From: Hypanus sabinus | Lineage: Eukaryota | DNA: 64,000 nt | Assembly: GCF_030144855.1 (NCBI RefSeq) | Contig: NC_082721.1 | Location: forward strand, 17,608,001-17,672,000 | Direction of reading: 5' to 3' | Part shown: positions 24,661 to 37,077 of the stretch, piece after piece | How positions within the stretch are numbered: position 1 is the first letter of the stretch | Layout of the letters: every line of letters begins with the position of its first letter | Notes under the pieces: generated by a model | Databases searched by the model: none | Told to the model about the DNA's origin: nothing | Seen by the model: the letters and a program-made list of their open reading frames with translations, nothing else | Translations under genes and position numbers: made by a program

Positions 24661-25094
24661 TTTTTTACTAATTGCTTATCAGGTCTCCATCTCTGTCTCA
24701 AAAATATTCAAAGACTCTGCTTTGAGGAAGAGATCTCCAAGGACCTACATCTTTCTGGGGATTATCTTTAAACAGTGACTCCCATTTTCAGGTTCTTCCA
24801 CGAAAGGAATTGTTTCTCCACATAATTCCTGCCAAGAGTTCTCATGATCTTATTTGTTTCAAACTTATGCCCAATTTGAATATAATGTTTTCATTGCAAG
24901 AGGAGGGAATCACTGGCAATGCTAGCATTTATTGGCCATCTCTAACTCAACTTGCAAAGAGAGTGGTGAGTTACTGTCTTGCATTACCATGTAGCCTGGT
25001 GAAGTTACTCCAACAGTAATATTGCAGGATGTTCCATTCATGACACTGGAATAACAATGTATTTCAAAGTTTGGATTCTGTGTGGTTAGGAAGG

Positions 25095-25675
25095 TTTGGT
25101 TCAGTCAAAACCATTCCACGGACCACAAGCACCTCCTCTCCATCTGCAAAAAGCGGAACTACCTGGTGGCCACAGTTTAATTCCAATTTCCATTCCTGTT
25201 CCGATATATTGATCCATGGCCTCCTCTTGTGCCACGATGAGTAGAGGAGAAACACCTTATATTTTGTCTTGGTAGCCTCCAACATGATGGCATGAATATT
25301 GATTTCTCCTTCTGGTAAAAAAAAAATCCCTCATCCTCCCATCTTCTTCTCTTCCCCACTCATCTCTTCTCACCTACCTATCACCTCCCTTAAATGCCAT
25401 CCTCCTGTCTCCTTTCCAATCTGGTTCCTTTCTTTCCAGCCCTTTACCTTTCCCACTCACCTGGCTTCACGTATCATGTTCTAGCTATCCTCCTTCACTT
25501 CCCCCCTCAATCATTTTATTCTGGTGAGTTCCTCTTTCCTTTTCAGTCCTGAGGAGGGATCTTGTGCCTTCTATGGAAATATTCCCCTCCATAGATGCTG
25601 CCTGGCCTGCCAAGTTCCCCCAGCGTTTTCTGTGTGTTGCTTTGGATTTCCAGCATCTGCACAATCTCTCATGTT
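25095..25675 (+). mobile_element. Penelope-like 3' fragment (GIY-YIG C-terminus plus terminal repeat)
   Basis: ccacagtttaattcc..ccattcc..catggcctcctc..cttatattttgtcttggtagcctccaac matches 7030-7170. Confidence 0.75.
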
Positions 25676-26399
25676 TGTGGCCAGCTGGTCTTGCCTCTTT
25701 CGTGTGGGAGGCCACAATTTGTGAATGAATTGTTAAAAGCTATCTTCTTTTAGCCAAGTCCCTTTGCTTGCCAAAAGGTTAAGTTGTCCATAATCCAGAA
25801 ACCAAATGTTTCTCCAATTACATATGAAAATAAACTCTGAACAGTTCATCTTTATAGGTTTGCAATGAAATGGGTTCTGACTTACAGAACCAGTAATAAG
25901 AATGTTGAATGATTAACTGAAGCACCATAATTGCTGTCTCTGTATATTAACCAATTGCAAAACTGTTTGCTTAGGTTAGTGTATCTTAAACGGACTTCAT
26001 AGAATTGTTTGCTTTGTTGCAATTATTTGCCTGGAGCTTCTGTTAACTTTACTGGCTTTAACAAACAGTTGAGGATAAGATCATATTTCACAAATTTCCC
26101 TGTGTTATAAAAAATCGAGAAGAGAAAAAAATGTGTATCAGCTACACTTCCTGTATATTTAGCTTGGGAGATACTCATTGAGATATTCTGACCCTAAATT
26201 ATTATACGTGGTGCCAATAGAGACGGTTTAATAAAAATGGCAAAGTCAATTAAAAGTACCAACCATAAACATGCAGGAAAAGAAATTGGTTCAGAAGGAC
26301 ATCCAGGAGTCTGAAGACCCAAACCTCAAATTTGAACATCAGCTTCTCCACCATTGCCATTGGACTCTTGCACGCTAAAAAATCTTAACCCTCTCTTCG

Positions 26400-26600
26400 A
26401 ACACATGACGTGCTAGAAGGACTCAGCAAATCAAGAACCATCAGTTGAGAGGAATAAACAGACGACATTTGGGGCAGAGGCAGAGGCAGACCCTGCATGT
26501 ATATTCCTCTCCATAGATGCTGCCTGACTTGCTGAGATCCTCCTGCACTTTGTGGGCGTTTCTCAACATTTTCAGCATCTGCAGAATTTCTTGTATTTAG
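26400..26600. mobile_element. Palindromic Penelope-terminal-repeat derivative inside a Rex1 3' fragment
   Basis: Inverted arms 26400-26475 and 26500-26600. Confidence 0.55.
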
Positions 26601-27659
26601 CCCTTCTTCAGCCTACATTTTATTTCTGTCCTTCTCAAACTTACACTTCTGTCATTATGTTTATTTTGTTTTTTAATTTACATACACGTAAGCTATGGTA
26701 ATTTATGCTAATTTATGTTAATTCTACATCTCGCGCTGCTGTGGCAAAAAGTTATCTTCCATGACGTTTATACACTGAAAACAATATGCCTATAAGAAGT
26801 ATTTTGGATGCTGCTTAAACTTTCAGAGTTCTGACAAAGAAGGGATAGATTCACACTGCTTCTACCAGTCAGTCCTATCTATGGTGGGTCTTCAGCATCT
26901 ATTGTGCAGGCATCTCAACTCGAAGAGTCAACTTTTGTTCCCGTCCATAGATGCTGCCTCACTTGCTGAGTTTCTCCAGCAGGGAGCAAAATGCTGGGAA
27001 CTCAGTAAGAGTGGGTTGCTCACTATTTTGCCCGGCTTTTTTTTTGCACCAGTTATTTATTTGCAATTTGTAACATATTTTTAAAGTAACATTTAGTGAT
27101 TTTTTTAATGTTTTGCACTGCTCTGCCGCTAAACAACAGATTTCACAACATATCTCAGTGATAATAAACCTGATTCTGATTCTGGGGTGCCTGGCACCTG
27201 CTGAATGATACTTCACAGATTAGGGAATGGCTTTGGAAGAACAATGGATGTAAACAAATGTGCAAGAGAAAGAGCTTGAAAATACGATACAGGTGTATGA
27301 AAATCACCACACCCATGTCCTTTTTAAAGATATCTAACAAGGAGGTACTGGAATTATATTTATCTGTTTCTGTTTCATATTTAGCCAAGGAGTGGAGTAA
27401 ACAGACTGGGCTTCAAGCTGCACTTTCATGGCAAGTTAATTTTATGCAGAGAGTGGTCATTGTTCCCTCCATTCGTGTCAAGTCCCATCAATCTGTTTCA
27501 ATTCACCCTGTTAGCCACTGACTTCTCCTCTTCATTTCTTTCAAAGGTTGTCTATTGAGAGAGATTTCTAACAGCACTGTTATTTTTATGCCCAAGTGGT
27601 TTGTGTAAAATTAAATACCAATCCAACGTCTGATTAAAAGATTGAAAAAATAGCTGTGT

Positions 27660-27905
27660 TCTACTATCCTCCCCTATCAGATTCCTTCCTCTCCAGCCCT
27701 TTATCTTTTGAATCCACGTGGCTTCACCTATCATCTTTTATCTATCCCTCTCCTTCACTTGCCTTTGTATTCTGACATTTTTCCCCTTCCTTTTCAGTCC
27801 TGAGGAAAGGCCTTGGCCTGAAACGTTGCTTGTTTATTCATTTTCATAGATGCTGCCTGACATGTTGACTTCCTCCAGCATTTAGTGCGTGTTGCTTTGT
27901 AATTC
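27660..27905 (+). mobile_element. Penelope-like terminal repeat
   Basis: Polypyrimidine tract, hammerhead motif, GATGCTGCC..CTCCAGCATTT tip. Confidence 0.75.
27795..27832 (+). ncRNA. Minimal type I hammerhead ribozyme motif
   Basis: CAGUC CUGAGGA A AGGC CUUG GCCU GAAAC GUU GCUUG; intact core, stem II AGGC/GCCU, one mismatch in stem I. Confidence 0.6.
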
Positions 27906-28859
27906 TGGAGAAGCAGACAGAGGACATGGAGGAGTGAGGTGCTTATCTCCTTTGAACCCTCTGTCACTGTGCAGTGTCCGCGGTTGATGTACATGAGGAA
28001 ATAAAGCTGTAGGTGTGTGAAACTTAATGGTTTTTGAGTTTTATTTTAAACAACTTTTGGGGAAATACTAATGTTTGGTTCCTTATGCTCTGGAATCTCC
28101 CCAATTTGCCTGGCCAACATTTGAGTTCCCACAATAGATAATTGGCTCTAAAGAGTACTGTCAGGACAGTGAGAAGAGGCTGAAAAAGAATGCCACAAAG
28201 GCTGGGTATAATCTTTCTTCACTAATATAGGAAGGTTGCCTTTCAAGGCATTGATTATTTTCGTTGGGATGATGGAACTCAGCAGAACTATCCAAAATAC
28301 AATTGTCCACTTGTAATTATTCATCACAACGCAAAGCCAACAATTCAGACTACAGAATTCTGAAGAATGCAGTTTAGCAGATTGACAGTGCTCGACAAAG
28401 TAAACTTCAAATTATTCTGGACCTCAATTGGCACCTTCATAATTAAGTAATTGTGTTTCTCCTTAAACCCTTTAGATAAAAAATATCATATTATGTAGCG
28501 AGTACTCCTGAATAATTGGACCATTCAATTTGATGCTTAAAATAGTTAAAAATCCATTTTAAAGTACAGTCGAGAACAATGATTGATTTATGGGGTTATA
28601 ATAACACAGAAATGATTTTCAGCAAACAGTACTCACTCAGGCTTGACAGATATTTAAAGAACTTGATGGATAAAGCAGAAAGAATTTGATACCATGGTTT
28701 CTGCTCATTTTGCTAATCACAGACGGAGCCGTGGTGAGCTAGTATAATTGGGCTGTACACTATCTAGGTTAAGGACAAGAAATGATCCCAGAAAAATCTG
28801 ACAAGGTAGAAGTTAGATGTTTCCTTCGTACTCCAGGCTGTCAAAAAGCTTATGTATTT

Positions 28860-29410
28860 GCTCAGCGAACATTATTAGGTGCTTCCCGTACCTATTAAAT
28901 TGACCACTGAGTATTTCTCGTGGTCTTCTGCTGCTGTAGTCCATCCATTTCAAGGTTCAACCTGTTGTGCATGCAGAGATGCTCTTCTGCACACCACTGT
29001 TGTAACACATAATTATATGAGTTACTGTCAGCTTGAAACAGTCTGGTCATTCTCCTCCAACCTCTGTTATTAAAAAGACATTTTAACCCACAGAACTGCC
29101 GCTCACTGGATTTTTTTTTCTGTTTTTCGCACCTTTCTCTATAAACTTTAGATACAGTTGTGTGTGAAAATCCCAGGAGGTCAGCAGTTTCTAAGATACG
29201 CAAGCCACCCCACATGGCACCAACAATCATTCCATGGTCAAAGTCACCTACCGCAGATCACAATTCTTCCCCATTCTGAAGTTTGGTCTGAACAAGAACT
29301 TAACCTTTTGACTATGTCTGCTTGCATTGAGTTGCTGCCACATGACTGGCTGATTAAATATTTCATTATGAGCAGGTGTACAGGTGTACCTAATAAAGTG
29401 GCCACAGAGC
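28860..29410 (-). mobile_element. Non-autonomous Tc1-like transposon
   Basis: Transposase N-terminal HTH MIVGA..ETADLLGFSHTTVSKVYRE; TIR gtacctaataaagtggccac at ~29386-29405. Confidence 0.85.
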
Positions 29411-29499
29411 ATATATTAAACGATATTTAGTTTTGTAAGGTGAGGGTACGAAAGGAATCTAATGCTAAATCAGGTAAAAGAGCCTGGTCACATGTCAAG

Positions 29500-29725
29500 A
29501 GACAGGAGACTGTAGATGCTGAAACCTGGAGCTCTACAAATTCACTGGTGGAACTCAGCACCAATGGATGGAAGTGGACGGTCAGTGTTTCTGGTTGACA
29601 CCGTTCATCTTGACTGGAAAGAAAGGGGGATGGGTCTTGACCTGTAACGTCGACTGCTCATTTTTATTTTCCTCCACAGATGCTGCTTGACCTACTGAAT
29701 TCCTGCAGCACTTTTTGTTGCTTTG
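29500..29725. mobile_element. Palindromic Penelope-terminal-repeat derivative
   Basis: Inverted arms 29500-29615 and 29630-29725. Confidence 0.55.
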
Positions 29726-30709
29726 GTTGTGTGTCATTCAAGGTCTTGCCGATTAGTAGTCTGGGCACAGGGGATTAAAAAACCACTCCTTGTCCACCAG
29801 AAGAACCTGTGGTATATCTCAGGATAACTTTCTGCCAATGGATAGTGTGGAAACATTACAGTATAAAAACCTATCAGTGAATGTGAATGGAGGATCTCTT
29901 TGGAAGGGATAATCTCCAGACACTTGTGGCTCATTTTGTTTAAATAATTGTCAATAGATGTTTAATTGAGGTAGTTTGATAAACGGAATACTTAATAGCA
30001 ATTAAACTCAGTTGACCCCCATCTCTCCCGCAGTAGATATTTTTAAAAAAGATTATTTTTACACTGAATAAAAGCATCAAGGCAGCTTCCTCACTTGGTA
30101 ATAATAATAGAAATTCTGTTTTTAGTCCTCTATCAAAAGCTTTTCATTCCCTTTAATCCTCTCCCCCATGGTAATGATGCTTGTATCATCACACCAGAAA
30201 GCTACTCCACCTCCTATGGACACAAAATGGAGAAAGATCTCTGAAGCTGTGGGTGACTGGAAAACCTAAAGCACAAAGTATTTCCAGCCACTCACTGTTT
30301 GCTTCGGGATGCACCACTTAACTAGAGTTCTGATGCGCCCAACGGGAAGGATGCTTTTATTTGCCATGACTCAATCTCTAATGGCACAGAAATATTGAGA
30401 GAACTGGGCCTAAGGCACAGCATCCTGGCCACTCTATCCTGCTACTATCTTCTTTTAAGTAAAAGTTGGGGCTAAGGTTAACAAGGAGATAAAGGAAACA
30501 ACCCAAGCAGGAAGATTTATTTCTGAGGAATAGAACTAACAAGTAGCTAGGCTATGCTAACCTTGTCAGATTTTGGTTAGATCATGGGGATACAAGATAC
30601 TCCCGATATGGAGCAATAAAGAAACTGCTGGGAGAGCCAGATTCACACTAAACCCCGTGATTTATTGCCCTTGAGCTGGAATTCTTCATATGCTATTTCC
30701 GTAGGACTG

Positions 30710-31090
30710 TAAGACAGAGGAGCAGAATTAAGCCATTTCTGACCATCAAATCTGCCCTACCATTCCATAATGGCTGATTTATTAACCCCCTCAACCTCAT
30801 TCTCCTGCCTTCTCCCCATAACCTTTGCTGCTCTAGCTAACCAAGAACCTATTAACCCTGCTTTAAATTTATTCAATGACTTAACCTACTGCAGTCTGTG
30901 GCAATGAATTCCACAGATTCACCAACATCTGGCTGAAGAAATTCCTCCTCATCTCTGTTCTAGATGTATGCCCCTCTATTCTGAAGTTGTACCCACTTGT
31001 CCTAGGCTCCCCCCACTATAGGCAACATCCTGTCCACATCCACCCTATCTAGTCCTTTCAATATTTCATAGGTTTCGATGAGATCCTCCA
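30710..31090 (-). mobile_element. CR1 3' end fragment
   Basis: Same sequence as 1955-2268 and 50125-50500. Confidence 0.75.
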
Positions 31091-31099
31091 GCAAGTACA

Positions 31100-32042
31100 A
31101 AGCTCAAAGTCCATTTATTATCAAAGTATATGTACTGTATAGAACCTTAAGATTTGTCTTCTTGCAGACAGCCACAAAACAAAGCAGTGCAGTAGAACCC
31201 TTTAAAAAAAACACACAACAAAGACTGCCAAACATCCAACGTGTGAAAAAATAACAAATCGTGCAAACAATAAAAGATAAACAAACATCACACAGATCTT
31301 TAACCGTAGGGAGCGAGTCCACAGCCCTGGAGACAGTTCAGTGCTGAGGCGAGTGTCTATGGTTGCAGGCCACAGTTACAGACTCAGTTCAGCACTGAGA
31401 CGTGTAAACCTTGTGGCGGAGTGAGCTGAATACTGGTTTGTCTGGTTTGTCCTTTGATGCCTTGATCAAATCGTTCAAATAGTTAAAAAAAAGTAAACAT
31501 GGAACGCAGGGAACAGAGTCCCCGAAAGAAGCTGAAGTGAGTGAAGCCCATTGAGGAGCCCAATGGCTGCAGGTCAACAACTGTTCCCGAACCTGGCGAT
31601 GTGGGACCCAGGACTCTTCTATCTCTCACCTGACAATAATAGTGAGAAGAGAGGGAGAAATGCAGGCAGACAACACTGAAAACCTGTTTGTCTTCTGCTC
31701 TCATCCTCAATGATTTAAATCTTACTCGACGCTCTAATCTGCGCAGTGTGATGGTGCTGGCCACAGATTCATCTTCTGCCATCAGGTCTCAAAATAGCAT
31801 CCAACCCCAGCAATGGCCACCCTGGCTGTATCTGCACTCTCAAGAATCTAGTTCGCTGAATCCCTCAGAAGATCACAGAAGCACCGGATCATTTAGTCAG
31901 TTCAAAAGATCATCCTTAAAAGGGAAATTACAGGTTTTAGTCTGCAGCAATTGCAGCTCGAAAGAACTATATCTACTGGAATATCTAGTAGTTTAGTGAG
32001 CTGTCTACAAAACATCATCATTAGTTGTCGGTGCCATCTTGT
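31100..32042 (-). mobile_element. Non-coding element with Rex1-type tail
   Basis: Minus strand starts CAAGATGGCACC and ends ..GATAATAAATGGACTTTGA like the Rex1 tails here; no RT motifs. Confidence 0.5.
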
Positions 32043-32249
32043 CAGGCCCGGAACCATCAACCACTCCTAGGGACATCTCTATATTCTGAAGCTGTGACCT
32101 TGGATCCTAGACTCTCCTACTAATGGAAACACACTCTCCAAGTCACTCTATCCTAGCCTTCCTGTATCAGGTTGGTTTAGTGATATTCCTGCAATGTTAT
32201 GATCCCCATCAACGATTCCAAATATTCCGGATTATTTTGTTAACTGATT

Positions 32250-32505
32250 TAAACAGATGATTTTCTAAAGGGGAGAAAATTAAGAAATCAGAGACGCAAA
32301 GGGACTTCAATCCTAGTTCAGGATTCCCTTAAGGTTAGCTTGTAAGTTGAGTTGGTAGTAAAGAAGGCAAGTGCAATGTTAGCATTTATTTAAAGAGGAC
32401 TAGAATATAAAAGTAAAGGTGTACTCCTGAGGCTGATACGACATTGGTCAGACTGCATCTGGAATATTGTGAGCAATTTTGGGCCCCCTATCTAAGGAAG
32501 AATAT
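32250..32505 (+). mobile_element. CR1 fragment split by Rex1 (resumes 33873-33990)
   Basis: LVRLHLEYCEQFWAPYLRK then, after the insert, [12 protein letters not shown]. Confidence 0.75.
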
Positions 32506-33872
32506 CAAGTCAAGTCACTTTTTATTGTCATTTCAACCATAACTGCTGGTACAGTACACAATAAAAACGAGACGTTTTTCAGGACCATGGTGCTACATGA
32601 AACAGTACAAAAACTACACTGAACTATGTAAAAACAACACTAGTCTACAGACCTACCCAGAACTGCCTAAGGTGCACAAAACAGTGCAGGCATTACAAGA
32701 AATAATGAACAAGACAATAAGCATAGTAGAGGGCAGTAAGTTGGTGTCAGTCCAGGCTCTGGGTATTGAGGAGTCTGATAGCTTGGGGGAAGAAACTATT
32801 ACATGGTCTGGCCGTGAGAGCCCAAATGCTTCGGTGCCTTTTCCCAGACGGCAGGAGGGAGAAGAGATTGTATGAGGGGTGCGTGGGGTCCTTCACAATG
32901 CTGTTTGCTTTGTGGATGCAGTGTGTAGTGTAAATGTCTGTAATGGTGGGAAGAGAGACCCCGATGATCTTCTCAGTTGACCTCACTGTCCGCTGCAGGG
33001 TCTTGCGATCCAAGATGGTGCAATTTCTGAATCAGGTAATGATGCAGCTGTTCAGGACGCTCTCAATACAACCCCTGTAGAATGTGATGAGGATGGGGGG
33101 TGGGAGATGGACTTTCCTCAGCCTTCACAGAAAGTAGAGATGCTGCTGGGCTTTCTTTGCTATGGAGCTGGTGTTGAGGGACCAGGTGAGATTCCCCGCC
33201 AGGTGAACACCAAGAAATTTGATGCTCTTTATGATCTCTACTGAGGAGCCATTGATGTTCAGCGGAGAGTGGTCGCTCCGTGCCCTCCTGAAGTCAACAA
33301 CCATCTTTTTTGTTTTGTTCACATTCAGGTTGTTGTCTCTACACCAGTCTAATAGCTGCTGCGCCTCCTCTCTGTAAGCTGTCTCATTGTTCTTGCTGAT
33401 GAGACCCACCATGGTTGTGTTATCGGCGAACTTGATGATGTGGTTCGAGCTGTGTGTTGCAGCACAGTCATGGGTCAGCAGAGTGAACAGCAGTGGACTG
33501 AGCACACAGCCCTGGGGGGGCGGGGGGAGCCCTTGCTCAGTGTGATGGTGTTGGAGATGCTTCCTCTGATCCAGACTGACTGAGGTCTCCCAGTCAGGAA
33601 GTCTAGGATCCAGTTGCAGAGGGAGGTGTCAGGCCCAGTAGGCTCAGCTTTCCAATCAGTTTCTGAGGGATGATTGTGTTGAATGCTGAACTAAAGTCTA
33701 TGAACAGCATTTGAATGTATGTGTCTTTTTTGTCCAGGTAGGTTAAGGCCAGGTGGAGGGTGATGGCAATGGCATTGTCTGTTGAATGGTTGGCACGATA
33801 CGTGAACTGCAGGGGGTCCAGTGAGTGGGGGGCAACAGGATCTTGATGTGCCTCATGACAAGCCTCTCGAAA
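32506..33872 (-). mobile_element. Rex1/Babar LINE, 5'-truncated RT
   Basis: [27 protein letters not shown]; [13 protein letters not shown]; IIKFADNTTMVGLI; NSFFPQAIRLLN; (TGACT)n tail at 32506. Confidence 0.9.
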
Positions 33873-33994
33873 CATTGGAGGGGGTACAAAGGAAGTTTAC
33901 AAGAATAATCCAAGGAATGAAAGGCTCAATATAAGACATTTGATGCCTCTGGACCTGTACAAGGTGGAGTTCAAAAGGAGGAGGGTACATCTCC

Positions 33995-34400
33995 CTCCTT
34001 GCAATCTAAAACCATTGAGGACAAAAAGGTGACATCAATCATTAAGGACCCCCATCACCCAGGACATACTCTCTTCTTATTGCTACCACCAGAAAGGATG
34101 AACAAGAGCCTGAGTACACACACTCAAAGGTTCAGGAACAGCTTCTTCCCCTCTGCTATCAGATTTCTGAATGAACATTGAATCCACGAACACTACCTTA
34201 CTATGTTTGCCCTGTTTTGCACAAATATTTTATACAGGTAGATAGATAAAGTACTTTGCAAAAGCTTTAGGCACATATATATAGCTAGGGTGTCAAAGAT
34301 TTTTGCACAGTACTGTAGTAATTTTATGTATTTCACTGTCCTGCTGCCACACACAAAAAAAGCAAGTTTCACAACACATTAGTGATATTAATCCTGATTT
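33995..34400 (+). mobile_element. Rex1 3' fragment and tail
   Basis: IIKDPHHPGHTLF..RFRNSFFPSAIRFLN. Confidence 0.8.
34249..34315. mobile_element. 67-bp Tc1-family MITE
   Basis: Ends match the TIR of 19855-20269; TA on both flanks. Confidence 0.7.
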
Positions 34401-34848
34401 TTATTCAAAGAATGCAAGGGCATTGTTCTCTGTTGGTTGGGGCACAGTTGAATAGGATTGGAGTAGAACAAGCTCCAGCTCCCAAAGGCTGAAATTTACA
34501 GTGACGTTGAATTGGTAAATGGTTGATTTGACATGTGTACCTACCTGTCGAACCTGAGTAAATGTGTAAACAAGCTGCCCTCTCCCTGACTTCACAGGCT
34601 CTGTTGGAAGGATCATTCACTTCTGGACTTGCAAATGTTTTTTTTTTCCCCTTGAGCTTGGAAGACTCTCCCTGGTGCGGTCAAATTAAGTGACTGTGTT
34701 TGACTCCCTGCGTCATTGCAATCACAGAAGCACCGGGAAGCAAAAAGGGAATGGGGTTTGCGACTTATTAAAAAACAATTACATAGAGCTTTATTGCGAA
34801 GGCAGCTAATGCAACAAATCAGGTGACAAATGAACATTTCCAGAAGGA

Positions 34849-35090
34849 GGCAGCAGAGTGGTTAGCTCATTTTTTACAGCGCCGGCAACCTGGGCTCAAT
34901 TTCCATCGCTGTCTGTAAGGAGTTTTTACGTTCCCCAGAGATCGCGGGCTTCCTCTGGGTGTTTGGGCTTCCTGCCACGTTCTGAAGATGTATGGGTTAG
35001 TAGGTTAATTGGTCACTTGGGTGCAATTGGGTGGTGCAGGCTCATTGGACCCGAAGGGCCTGTTACTGTGTCGTATCTCTAAATTAAATT
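34849..35090 (+). mobile_element. tRNA-derived V-SINE-like element with CR1-type tail
   Basis: Head gtggttagc..ttacagcgcc..cctgggctcaatt; core gctgtctgtaaggagttt; tail gaagggcctgttactgtg. Confidence 0.7.
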
Positions 35091-35930
35091 TTTAAAAAAT
35101 TATCCCTTCAGTATACATCTTCTCCTTTAGTAATTTCACCATCACTGTGAATGATGCTCTTGTGAATTGCAGCATAATTGTTCAAAGTCAACAAAGATAC
35201 ATCTTTAATGCAAATGATGACAGGACCGGGTCCCAATGCAATTCCAGTCTATTTCTTTGCCTTCACTTGTCACAAGTACTTCATTCAGGGCTTTTGTTTC
35301 AACCTGTCAGATTGTCTGATCTCATTCCCAGTTTTTTGAAAGGATTTTGTCAGATATAGCTGGCTTGCGAGGCTACCACATATGAATATCCTTTTGAGAA
35401 TATCACAGCAGTAGGGTACTTGAAACCTCTGACAGTGGCTCAGAGCAGAGAATATAAATTAAAGCAAGCTAGAAAAATGCAGTCTATAATCCAGCAATTA
35501 TCAGATGCTGTGCAAGGTACAAATCTATTCTTAAGTCACAAATGCCACATTGCCAGTTGATTATATCATCTGAATTCCTTAATTAGATTGCTGCAGTGCA
35601 ACTCCAGCCCAAGTATTGATCATTTGATATTTGCTCTGCTTCCTGATGTTATCATCTGGTCAGTAAAATTGAACAGTGATTCAATGAAGGTTTTGAGTCC
35701 AGCTTCCGTTTGGTTTGAGGCATGATAAAACTTCAGAAACTTTATTTTGTAGCTTTTGAATATTCATTGTAGGATTTTGTCTCCGTGTCTTACGAAAGGG
35801 TTAGTAGACAGAGGAATCAGAATGAGATTTAATATCACTAGCATATGTCCTGAAATTTGGTGTTAAGCGGCAGCAGTACATTGCAATACATAATGATAAA
35901 GCTGTAAATTGCAATAAGTATATTTATTTA

Positions 35931-36025
35931 ATAATACGTACACAACAGTGGAAGATCTCAGCAGGTCAGGCAGCATCCGTGAGAAAAGAGTAGCCAATGT
36001 TTCGGGCTGAGACCCTTCATCAGGA
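35931..36025 (-). mobile_element. Mini hammerhead/terminal-repeat unit
   Basis: CUGAUGA A GGGU CUCA GCCC GAAAC AUU on the minus strand; possible low-complexity TSD ATTTATTTA. Confidence 0.65.
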
Positions 36026-36074
36026 ATTTATTTATTCACTTTTAAAGGTCAATATTACCCCTCTGGTGGTAAAC

Positions 36075-36535
36075 AAGGTTGAAAGAGTACAGAGAAAATT
36101 TACAAGGATGTTGCCGGGTCTGAAGTTATAAGGAAAGATTGAATTGGTTTGAACTGTATTCCTTTGAATGTAGAAGATTGAGAGGAGATTTGAACAGGTA
36201 GACAAAATTATGAGGGGTATTGATAGGATAAATGCAAGCAGGCTTTTTCCACTGAGCTCATGGGTTAAGGGTGAAACACAATAATTTTAAGGAAAAACAT
36301 AAGAGGGAACTCCTTCACTCAGAGGATCCTGAGAGCGTGGAATGAGCTGCCAGCACAAGTGGTGCATGCGAGCTTGATCTCAACATTTAAGAGAAGGTGG
36401 ATAGGTATATGGTTAGTAGGGGTATGGCGGGCTATGGTTCTAGTGCAGGTTGATGGGAGTAGGCAGTTTAAGTGATTTCTACATGACCTAGATGGGCCAA
36501 AAGGCCTGTTTCAATGCTGTACTTCTCTATGACTC
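36075..36535 (+). mobile_element. CR1 3' fragment
   Basis: ERVQRKFTRMLPGL; CR1 tail ctatgactcta. Confidence 0.8.
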
Positions 36536-36716
36536 TACGATTCTAATTAAATAGGTAGTCCAAAAAGAAAAAAAAATGGTAGGGTACTGTTCATGGGTTG
36601 AATGTCCATTCAGAAATCTGATGGCAGAGGGGAAGAAGTTGTTCCTGAATTGTTGAATGTGTGCCTTCAGGCTTCTGTACCTCCTCCCTGATGGCAGCAG
36701 TGAGAAGAGGGCATGT

Positions 36717-36815
36717 AACACACACAAAATGCTGGCGGAACACAGCAGGCTAGGCAGCATCTATAAGGAGAAGCACTGTCGACGTTTCGGGCAAGACTCT
36801 TCGTCAGGACTGACA
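36717..36815 (-). mobile_element. 99-bp hammerhead mini-unit inserted in Rex1
   Basis: TSD AAGAGGGCATGT (36705-36716) / AAGAGGGTATGT (36816-36827). Confidence 0.8.
36778..36810 (-). ncRNA. Hammerhead ribozyme motif
   Basis: GUC CUGACGA A GAGUCUUGCCC GAAAC GUC GAC; intact core, imperfect stem II. Confidence 0.55.
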
Positions 36816-37077
36816 AAGAGGGTATGTCCTGGGTAATGATGGATGCCACCCTTCTAAGGGATTGCTCCTTGGATGCTGAGGATGCTAGTGCCCATGATGG
36901 AGCTGAGTGAGTTTACAACTTAGCCTAGTTTTGATCCTATGTAGTCCCCAACCCAGCCCTCCCCCATACCAGATGGTGATGCAGCCAGTTAGAATGCTCT
37001 CTACAGTACATCTGCAGAGATTTGCGAGTGTCTTTGGTGACATACTAAATTGCCTCAAACAACTTGTTTTAAAAATA

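Larger units (their letters stand above)
36540..37062 (-). mobile_element. Rex1 3' fragment
   Basis: TVESILTGCITIWYG; LFSLLPSGRRYRSL..NFFPSAIRFLN. Confidence 0.8.

Noticed and set aside
28691-28735. miRNA hairpin
   Set aside because: Only ~11 bp of stem with several G-U pairs; no recognised mature sequence
34849-34920. tRNA gene
   Set aside because: tRNA-like head continues into a SINE body; no complete cloverleaf
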